Part shown: positions 53,921-64,000 of the stretch, in pieces
How the letters are laid out: every line of letters begins with the position of its first letter
How positions within the stretch are numbered: position 1 is the stretch's first letter
From: Phoronis australis
Taxonomy: Eukaryota; Animalia; Phoronida
DNA length: 64,000 nt
Reading direction: 5' to 3'
NCBI GenBank assembly: GCA_002633005.1
Contig: NMRA01000059.1
Span: 951,458-1,015,457 of the forward strand
The notes under the pieces: generated by a model
What the model saw: only the letters and a program-made list of their open reading frames with translations
Told to the model about the DNA's origin: nothing
Databases searched by the model: none
Translations under genes and position numbers: made by a program

Positions 53921-55796
53921 TTTAAGACGTTCTACTTTTATGATGCGCTCATTGAGGCTATCAAAAGAGGACTTTTATGAGTTTTTGAAACCTCAAAGTT
54001 ACACACATGAAACAAAAAAGTAACATCGGTTTTTGACATTTCGGAATTTGATCATGATTGGTGCTGCTGGTTTGGTATGTGAATTTTATTTTTTTGCTTA
54101 ATTGTTCTGAAAGGACACGATCACATAATCCAGTTAAAACAGATTGGTAAAAAGTCAGAAAACAAATTCCACAAGTTTTCTAATTTCATAAAACATACTA
54201 TTACTGAGTTAAAATCTATAGTTTATTATGTTCAATACCCAGACAGATCAATTTTGTAAGGATAGACGTTGGCAATTTTGCTTGATCATGATTTAATGTG
54301 AAAGGTTTATATATGAATTCATGTCAACCATTTCTAGGAATCACTTGAATGGTGTGTATAATATTTCTGCTTGATAAGAATCCGTTTTATCGGATGATAA
54401 TTTTTTATGCAAGGTTGATGAACAGTTATGATAATTTATACAATTTCTTATTATTGAGTAATAGGAAATGATCAAAAGAGCTGTTTTCCCATGATTCATG
54501 GTTTTAATGTGGTCAAACTGAACAGTATTGATCTGCCCTGCTTGAATGGGGCTGTAAGCAGCCTCCTATTGGTTTTAGACAGTCTGACATATTGATTGAT
54601 GGATTGATTGAACATTGGTTAACCTCAAAAGAAATACAATACAACACTATGAATATAATGTAACACTGCACAAAGACTAACAGAGATATGCCAGGAAACA
54701 AACTGAAAATAGTTATGATAAATAAGTCCAAGGTACTAGTACAGATCAAACTGAGAAGGACATTTGGTGTATGGATGACACATCAACATAGTTACAATAA
54801 AATTCTTCAATTTGGGACAAATGATTAAAATTGCCATATTTCTATTTTTAAAGTCTTAGCACATTGTTGCAAATACTCAAAATTTTACCAAATTTTGTTT
54901 AGTAATACAAACCAAGAATTGCCTCAAAAGTTATTTTTTGCTGAATGATGTTTACTGTACCTTCTTCCCACCGTGTTCTGTCAAAATGTTGTTTTTTGTT
55001 TTTAAAGAGCGGTTAAAATTTGCACTCCACGTGACTTTGTGTATTATATTCAAGTGGCACTTGACAGGATGTGGATTACAAGCATGGAAATTACTTGCAT
55101 TTGTGTGGGAGGCTTCTTTCACCTGTGCTCTGTGTGTGTATGTTTGGATCTATCGATCGATCGATTGTCTGCCCTCAGCTTTATGTCACAGCTGATTACG
55201 GTAAATATTCTCCAGTTTCAAACATTCTATAAAATTTGGGACACCTAATTTCAAGCCAAACTTGATTTTCAAATTTGGGATACTGACTGTTTTGTATCAG
55301 CAGAGTATGAAAATAGGATTGGCAGTTCTTGAACTTGTCAAAATAGATGTAATGGTTTTCATGTGACCCCCCATGATGCTTTCTACACCAGGAGTAACCC
55401 TATGACAAGTTATTCCTAGAGCAAAGTTGTCCTTAGTTTCATTGTATGTTAGTGTGGCTTACTACCCTGGACAACGTGACACACATGAGACAAATTGTCC
55501 CCATCTTAGCCAGGTAGGTTAACCTTTACTAGGGTAACTTGCCCCTTGTCATAGTGTAGATGCAAACCTGAAGACAAACTGGAGGTAATTACCAGCTATG
55601 CACTAGCTCAGTTACACATATAAGGGCGCCTAATTATTTTTGTGGCCATATTTGTCACATGTGCTGTGTGGACACTTGGGTCGTGTTATTCCAGGATGGC
55701 TCATTATGTGGACATGATTCAAGAGGTGATTGATCATTTGTTGTTGCTGGTAATTCTTGAATCTAGGATGGCCAATATTGCCCATTTCTGAAATTA

Positions 55797-56894
55797 CCGT
55801 AATCGTTCGGGTTAACGCCCATGCTCAGTTAACCGCCCACCCCCTACTTTAGGTGAATTTCGATTTAACCGCCCACTGCTCGGTTAACCGCCCCCCTGCT
55901 ATTTTTGAAGATTTCCAATTAACCGCCCACTGCTCGGTTAACCGCCCATCCCCTACTTTTGCCGATTGGTGATTACCGCCCTGTGCTAATAGNNNNNNNN
56001 NNNNNNNNNNNNNNNNNNNNNNNNNNNNNNNNNNNNNNNNNNNNNNNNNNNNNNNNNNNNNNNNNNNNNNNNNNNNNNNNNNNNNNNNNNNNNNNNNNNN
56101 NNNNNNNNNNNNNNNNNNNNNNNNNNNNNNNNNNNNNNNNNNNNNNNNNNNNNNNNNNNNNNNNNNNNNNNNNNNNNNNNNNNNNNNNNNNNNNNNNNNN
56201 NNNNNNNNNNNNNNNNNNNNNNNNNNNNNNNNNNNNNNNNNNNNNNNNNNNNNNNNNNNNNNNNNNNNNNNNNNNNNNNNNNNNNNNNNNNNNNNNNNNN
56301 NNNNNNNNNNNNNNNNNNNNNNNNNNNNNNNNNNNNNNNNNNNNNNNNNNNNNNNNNNNNNNNNNNNNNNNNNNNNNNNNNNNNNNNNNNNNNNNNNNNN
56401 NNNNNNNNNNNNNNNNNNNNNNNNNNNNNNNNNNNNNNNNNNNNNNNNNNNNNNNNNNNNNNNNNNNNNNNNNNNNNNNNNNNNNNNNNNNNNNNNNNNN
56501 NNNNNNNNNNNNNNNNNNNNNNNNNNNNNNNNNNNNNNNNNNNNNNNNNNNNNNNNNNNNNNNNNNNNNNNNNNNNNNNNNNNNNNNNNNNNNNNNNNNN
56601 NNNNNNNNNNNNNNNNNNNNNNNNNNNNNNNNNNNNNNNNNNNNNNNNNNNNNNNNNNNNNNNNNNNNNNNNNNNNNNNNNNNNNNNNNNNNNNNNNNNN
56701 NNNNNNNNNNNNNNNNNNNNNNNNNNNNNNNNNNNNNNNNNNNNNNNNNNNNNNNNNNNNNNNNNNNNNNNNNNNCCCCCCCCCCGATTTCTTGAAATTT
56801 CACGTTTAAGCGCCCATGTCTGGTTAACCGCCCACCCCCGATTTTTTGGGTTCGCCAATTTAACCGCCCAGGGCGTTAACCCGAACGATTACGG
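55797..56894. mobile_element. Second, inverted copy of the CCGTA-ended Tc1/mariner-like element, spanning the gap
   Basis: ta|ccgtaatcgttcgggttaacgccc ... gggcgttaacccgaacgattacgg|ta; both ends match those of 39045-42050 in reverse. Confidence 0.85.
55993..56775. other. Assembly gap (783 N)
   Basis: Run of N. Confidence 1.
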
Positions 56895-59800
56895 TAAGTA
56901 CAGCTGCAGCTTTGAGCAAGATTATTATGTTTTACTGTGCAAACTAGTACATTTTACCGTAATCTATAATTAACTATGAAATCAACTCAACTTGTTCATT
57001 TGAACTGGTCCTAGCCACTAGTAAAAAGTGGACAGTGCAGACAGTGGTGGCTTCAAATAAACATAATACTATGCTGACCTTTTTCTACCAAGCAATTGTA
57101 TCCAGGGTTGCCTTGGAATTGTTTGTGGGCACATTCAGAGGAAAGGCTGCCGTGGTTTTCCTCTTAGTGCTGTATCTTATTGTTGGCATGACTACGCTGG
57201 TTGGGCCAGATGTCAGCTTGTCAACTGGATTTTTAGCTTTCCCCCAGGTTGCTGATTGCGAAACACTGAACTTTCGTAATAATGGTTTTCTCTAAATCAA
57301 TGCCCAGAATCATTGGCTGTTTCTCCCGGCAACTGACTGGTGTGTATTAATAGAACCAGTATATACTTTTTCTATTACAGTATTTTGACATGCTCTGACT
57401 GATCATTGGTAGAGAGACTGATGGATGCAGTGTTATGGGATAATTTGCCTGGAGTGAACCAGTTTCTTCACATGATCTTTGTTGGAATCTTGTTAGGTGA
57501 GTTAGCTGTGGTAATTGTCAATATCATGCCTGCAGCTAGGGAGGGTAGCGGACATCTCTTGTGGGTGAGATGTTTCATAAAGATTCTAAAAGTTGGAGGA
57601 GAGGGGTCATCTAGTTCCACATGTGGTGAGTGTTAGAATTGAAACTTTAATCTCACGAACTATTTTGAAACTTGAACTGAAACCAAATGTTTAAAAGATT
57701 TTTACAGCCTTACATAAAACTTTGAAAGCAAATTCTTTCTATCAGTTCGGGGGCTTCTTGTTTCAAAGTCCACCTGCAAAATGGCCACAATCGTGGAGGG
57801 CATTTTGCCCCTATGCTGTTTCCAATGGTGACCCCTGAGCATGTTAAACAACTTTTAGTGAAAGACAGTGCTTACTATAGGTCTACTCCCTGATTTATAG
57901 TTGTTTGTAGAAGAATGCTTGCTGCAAAGTAAACATTTTGTCATGGTCGGCATCTCATATTTTAATGCATAAATGTTGAACAATGATTGCCCAATACCTA
58001 AGGGCTTGTGGTTGTGTGCATGAGATGAGGCATGCAAGAGTGTTCATAATGGCTGTGGCTAGGGGACATAATCACCAAATAAAGTGCATAGAATCAAACT
58101 TGGAGTCGTAGCTTTAAATATTGTGCTGTCGGAGCTTGATCCCAACCATAAATGGCAGAGTAGTTTAAGCATGTTTAACTGGTGAAGTCTCCTGCCTCGA
58201 TTTCAGGTAATGTCTGGTAGACAATGGCGAGAATTGGTGACTTGAAATAAAACCATAAAATCTAAAGATTTTGTTGTTTTGTAGCAATGGTCAAAGCTGA
58301 GAACTTTAAGAAGTCTATCCCATCTCATAATAATTCCAAAAATGTGATTTTCAGTGTAAAACAGATGCTGTACCTGTAAAGATGTTAAGTAGAATAGTAG
58401 TTGAAAAGAATTTCAAAACAAATCCTAGATGCTCAGATTTGTGTTCTGGTTCGAAGGTGAATAGCACAATATGTATTTTAAAACCCCAGGCAGTGCCTTT
58501 TTTGAAACTAGTTTCATGTTTTTTAGATGGAACCCTTTGTTTTGGTCAAGCACTCCTAATTACAAAAAACAAGGAACCCAATAGAGGTCTCTGATTGCTT
58601 CAACTCAGGCTTGACCTAATTATCACTGTGTTGGTATACAATTTTGATTGCAAAAAACAGCAAGTCAGTATTGCCCCTTTTTCCAGCTGGTTACTGTCTG
58701 TTACTGGGCCATTAAAGTTATATAGCTTTCTTTTGATGTAGTCGATTGACTTATTGAGGGAAGTTTAATGTGTTTTCTGTCATTAAACAGTGAACTGGAT
58801 CTTAATTGGTAAAAAATATTGCAGTACGTTTTTTTACAAAATTCACACTCTGTTGAGTCCCGGTCCAGTCATTCTGTTCACTGAATCACTTCATTGTTAC
58901 CCTGTCGGGTTTCGTTTAATATTGGCAAATTATGAGGAACAAGAGATCTTGCCCCTGTGTCAGCTGCAATTAACCATGTAGGATAATGATGCCAGTGCCC
59001 AGTTTGGTACCATTTCTGTTGAAATAAAACAACGCATATCAGTGGAAATAAAAGAAGGTAGTCGATGGTCCTGGTTTTAAAATTACTAGTAAGAAACCAG
59101 TTGCATGAGCAGTTCATACCTCAAGATGAATGATCTGAGGATCAATGACCTCCAAACTTCACTTGAAACTTCAAAAATAAAATCACGGCACCTTCAAGCA
59201 CCATTTTCATTTTCATGCAAACTGGGTTTGTCAATTTTCAAATTATATAAATGTGGAACTCTTGAATCACAAACATTTTTAAGTGTGGTTAAGCCCACCA
59301 TCTGTGGCCACATCACATGACCTAATGAAAAAGTCTCTGTCCCAACCAGGACTCCAACCCGTTGTCTACAACATATAACAGACTACCTGCAATCATTTTT
59401 TCAGTATACCACAGTGGCAGTTTCTTCCATTTTGTTAAGGATCCTGTTAATGGATTCAGGTACATATTGCAAAGCTATGCTGAGTGTCTGTTGAGTTTGA
59501 CAGACTTGGTGCCGCCCAAGTGTTCTGTTTTTAAAATCGCATCTCCTTGGAGTCTGTTCCTCTTATGGTTTCTGTTTTGTTTCTTGAGGTCAGTGGGCTA
59601 AGTTTTGTTCTGACATTCTATGTAATTAAGTGCCACAAAGGATAGTCTTTCATAGAAATAATGTTCATTCTCAGATTTTTCAAATCTAGATAACCTCTCA
59701 TTCTCAAATCTGAGGAACGTGCTTGGCTCGAAAAAAAGCTGGCTCCAGTTTGCAAAAGTGGCGTTTTTAGAATAAAAATGAGAAGGGGATTCAAGAATAA

Positions 59801-61118
59801 ATTTTGGTAGTTGTTGAATGGGCATTCATAACCGAAGGGATATTCTCTGATTGTTCAAGAAAACGAAGTGCCCTAGATGTGTGATGCTCATGTTTAAAGC
59901 TCTTTAGAGGGCTGTAGTTTTCGGGTCACCTGTATAGCTTTCGAATGAGAAAACATCTCTAGGCAACAACAAGAAAATTGAAGGAAATCGACAACATTCT
60001 TGATTTTTGAGAATTTTTGTAATAAATATCTGTGGCTTAAGTTTGGTAAATTTCTGCTTGTTTGGCCCACAAAAATAATTGACAAAATCTTATGTTAATT
60101 TATCCATTATTTACAAATAATGGGAGTTGCAGCAAATGTTTTGTGATATTTACACACTACAACCCATGCTTGTAACAGACAAATGTTTTTAATGTTTACT
60201 TCAGTGGAGAAATTTAACAAAATACTGTTTGACTTGTCGGCCATGTTGTGTGCCAAATAAGTAGAGAATTACTGTATTATTTCCTCAAAACACATTCACG
60301 TCATTTCCTCAATAGTTATGGCATGGTGCAACCAACTCTTCATGTTATTATTCACCTAATCAGAACCAAAATTGGCCACATGTAAATTGACACTGCTGTA
60401 TCAATCTGTCAACCCATTTAATATGCCTCCCACACTATGACTTGACTACAATGTGCCTGCATTCTGTACTGACCCCAAGAATATTCAACCTAATGCTAAA
60501 GCGATTATGGTAGAAAAACATAGTGCGCCAAAAAAACTGGATTAACGAGCGTTAAATGGTACAGTTTTTCCGATTATTTAAAAGAAGTGTGTACGTTTAA
60601 TGGAATAGATGAGCGAGTGGTTCCAAAAAAAGTTTGTTTCAAGAAAGTGATCTTAAGTTTTGCCTAATTGTGACTATCTTACGGAATATGGATGTTTCAA
60701 AGTTTGAAAGTTGAGTCAATTCTTAGACTCAAGTCAAAAACCACCTTGAGGATATCTCAAACCTTTTCCACAAAAATTGATCGTTTATACAATAATTCAC
60801 ACATGTCTAACAAATCGTCAGACATTTTCGGGGGAACTTCAAATACGAAATAGAAAACCATGCAAGGAGGAAAAAAAATTAGCAGAACCACCTTGGAACC
60901 ACACAACCACATGGAAATTTGGTACAGGCCTGTCACTCAAATGGGATCTCCCAGCAGGCACAGAGCAGTTCAATGTGTACTCTGAGTCCTTTCACTCACT
61001 GAGTTGCCACAATGTTGAGTCAGCGAGGTGTACATGAGACAGAAAGATGCCGGGGAAAACGGGGAAAACGGGAAAATGTAGACAAAACATAGTTTTGTTA
61101 CTGAGTGAGTTGTGCGTT

Positions 61119-61254
61119 TGTATGCATACAACTGTGCACCAAGTACAACCTCTGTGGCTGTATGCATACAACTGTACAACCTCTGTGGCTGTATGCATAC
61201 AACTGTACAACCTCTGTGGCTGTATGCATACAACTGTACAACCTCTGTGGCTGT
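61119..61254. repeat. 31-bp tandem repeat x ~4
   Basis: Unit tgtatgcatacaactgtacaacctctgtggc. Confidence 0.9.
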
Positions 61255-61294
61255 GTTTACAAACTCAGCAAGTTGTGAAGAGATAAATCCTCAC

Positions 61295-61437
61295 CCAAGT
61301 TCATTACTTTGATCTGTAGTTTGACATTGCGCTGTTTTCATCCAAATTCATTACTTTGATCTGTAGTTTGACATTGCGCTGTTTTGATCCAAATTCATTA
61401 CTTTGATCCGTAGTTTGACATTGCGCTGTTTTGATCC
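61295..61437. repeat. 47-bp tandem repeat x3
   Basis: Unit ccaaattcattactttgatctgtagtttgacattgcgctgttttgat. Confidence 0.9.
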
Positions 61438-62099
61438 TGTGCTCATAACGTGCTTTAACTACCAACTCAATTTGTGTCTTCCATTTTGTACTCGGTTTCA
61501 TATCAGTCTCCTAGTGCGTGGTGTATAACAATGAATTGTTGACCTGCTTTTAAGTAGGTCAACAGTTGACCCCGTCTAGATCCAGCCTGACTCGATAAAT
61601 TAAAATGTTTCAGTGATATTAAGTTAATTATGCACTACAAATTCAATTGACATTGTGAGTGAATGTTAAAATAACATGTAGGTTATATTAATTAGAATAA
61701 TTGAGTGATAACCGTCAGATGTTGTAAGATTCACATTGTCTTCCGCTTAATCTTGGCTTTGGCAAATCGACTTAATTTCAACTTAGGAACTCGAGTTCTC
61801 GAAAACGGCTGGGTAAGTTTCTCTGAAACTTTCCAATTTTCAATATTCATTCATCAATCTCAAAAGCACTGTTAAGGTTTTCCAACGCCTAGTTTTTGTA
61901 TACTGTAAGATGGACGAATATGACTGCTATTTTTTACAAAAATACCTTACGTTTTGCAAGTTGATTTATCATAGAAACAAAACTACATGAGTTATCAAAA
62001 GTTCTTAACAGCAGTTTTTAGCTAAATTGTGAATTTTTTATTTTAAAAGGGTTTCATTGCTATGGATATGGCGTATGGGCATGAGCTGTCTTCAACATC

Positions 62100-62219
62100 T
62101 CTTGTGGCGCTTTTTATTGCCCATCTTTCCAGAGACTATTATTTTATGTTTACTTATTATTATCTTGTGGCGCTTTTTATTGCCCATCTTTCCAGAGACT
62201 ATTATTTTATGTTTACTTA
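62100..62219. repeat. 63-bp tandem duplication
   Basis: tcttgtggcgctttttattgccc... at 62100 and 62163. Confidence 0.9.
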
Positions 62220-62500
62220 GTATTTTACACTCATATTTCTGTACCCTTATCAGTCATAATAAATGACCTTTTATTTTGCCTAAATACGGTCTCCTTTTTA
62301 TCTCTGGAAATGGAGCTTGCGACGCACCTATCATTTTCGGGACATACTTCAAACATAAATACCTTTCTTAGTATATACTTTTACTGGTTGACATAGCCTG
62401 GTTTTTTGATATATGAGTTAAAATGAAGGTCACTAAATAAGGTTTTAGATAACCTTAAGTCCTCAGTTCCTTGTAACGAGCCTCAGAGCTTTTTCGCAAC

Positions 62501-62656
62501 CAGTGCTGTAGTGGTAAAATTAGAGGTAAGTAGGCGCCCAAAGGCCACCGTATCACCTTGAGCACTGAACGTAACTTAGGGTGCATAGGCGCTATGTCCA
62601 AATGCCAAAAGTTGGTTGGCTCTGTCTACATGCGCCTACGCCCTACTACAGCACTG
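62501..62656. mobile_element. hAT-like MITE
   Basis: 12-bp perfect TIR cagtgctgtagt; 8-bp flanks ttcgcaac / ttctcgac (6/8 match). Confidence 0.7.
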
Positions 62657-63956
62657 TTCTCGACCATCCTGAATTCTTTATTTTCTGGATATTCCAACAA
62701 CACATTCGCCATTTACAGGTCACGAAGTGCGTGATTTTGTTGACACGTCGGTCTGATGTTGCCTTCGAAAGGGATCGTGATTTATTTTTAGTCAAATTGT
62801 TAGTTGCTGCGGCAAAAGTGAAGGCAGGATAGGAGCATTTTATTCAAAATCATTTCCAAAAAGTTATTCATACAAATGCCCCTGGCTCCAGTTAAGTCAG
62901 CTCACTTGCACATTCCCGTTTACCATTTGTAGACACTATGAAGGAATGCCTGATATTAAATCGCCTGATATTAAATTGTTTATCAGATTATCTAATAAGT
63001 CATGTTCCGCTCTAGCATTTGCCATAACATTGAAAAATCCTGAGTACCTTCCTGGGTCATCTCTGCACAGCTGTTGGGACACCCACTATTGATAGTTCTT
63101 GATCGAAAGCTTCCTTTCACAGTTTCTGACTAGACCATGTGAATAGGAGCCTACCCTGAGAGCACTGCACTGTATCTATTCACTCTGCATGGTACTCTCT
63201 AAACACAGCGTGACGTGGTGGTGGCGGGGGTGGTGTAGTATTAATATGTCACAGGTGCTTCTACCTGTCCGCACCTATACTATAACCACCACTACTTACA
63301 CTACTATATACAGATGATGTATTAGGTTTATGTGGAATCTTAGAAAAGTGTCCAAATTTGGCTACCTTCGGAGCCTCATCTTGGACATGGCAGATCGGAA
63401 TTCTACGAAGGTTTCACATACTATATGCTTTCTGCACAGTTCTCCAAAACTCTTTTAGTAATTGTCTTTGAAGTGTTTCACGTTGCATGAGGGTCTCATC
63501 AATTATGACTTTCATAATTTTATTGAAAAAATCATCTTTGGTATTTTAGAGTACTCAGTGTAACTGTTTTTGAGATTTCATCTTGATCAATCATGTCAAA
63601 CAAGATTTGGCCTTGTTCTTTATACTGTTTTCCTATGAATGTTCCTTTCTTTCTTTTTTGCTAGATTTTACTAGAAATAGACTAATGATTGGTGTAAATT
63701 TGAAAATAAAATTCTTCATACACTTTTACTGACTCAGAGTTAAATTCTAGACTTTTGTTGATATTTACTTGAATACACAATCTTGTTGATAAGTTGATAA
63801 GGTCCTGCTAACCTTTGATAGCACTGTGTAGTGGTTGTTGTATAGATATGGGAGTGGATTATTACTTGGCGAAATAAATTTCGCCAAGTATGTTGCTCTT
63901 CCACTAAGTTTTTTACTTGGCGGAATTCTTCCGCCAAGTATGTTGCTCTGACAGCA

Positions 63957-64000
<44 letters not shown>

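Larger units (their letters stand above)
52512..53926. mobile_element. Composite PIF/Harbinger-like MITE with duplicated left end and tandemly amplified right end
   Basis: Left-end motif tgtccacacac..cctaccctagaacaa at ~52520 (diverged) and ~53321; its reverse complement is the 39-bp repeat ending in ggacaagactttaa. Confidence 0.55.

Noticed and set aside
55959-56858. Longest ORFs in the track (276-290 aa)
   Set aside because: Artefacts of the N gap.
21000-64000. Scattered AG|GTAAG-like splice signals and short ORFs as exons of a host gene
   Set aside because: Could not build in-phase exons with a recognisable protein.

Overview
AT-rich animal (probably invertebrate) draft-assembly DNA with a 783-N gap; no operons, CRISPR or rRNA. 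The one well-supported host gene has 3 exons on the minus strand (8452->5744) and encodes a 211-aa protein: putative signal peptide + PAN/apple-like domain + WxxW (Mucin2_WxxW-like) domain, with splice sites and phases that fit. The rest is mostly layered transposons. Three differently deleted copies of one Kolobok family (TTAA-type ends; THAP domain and a convergent KolX/P2X7-C-terminal-like gene) each carry nested insertions: a MITE, a 3.5-kb Sola3-like transposon, a tRNA-derived insert and a Tc1/mariner-type end. Two copies of a TA-flanked CCGTA-ended element are present, one holding a Penelope-like fragment with a 269-bp foldback and a variant minimal hammerhead ribozyme. There are also RTE, L2 and RTE-X-like LINE 3' ends, MITEs and minisatellites. 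CpG appears to drop sharply after ~21 kb, suggesting a promoter near 19-21 kb followed by a methylated long intron (inference). All family assignments come from motif recognition by eye; no search was run. I found no clearly new multi-gene system.
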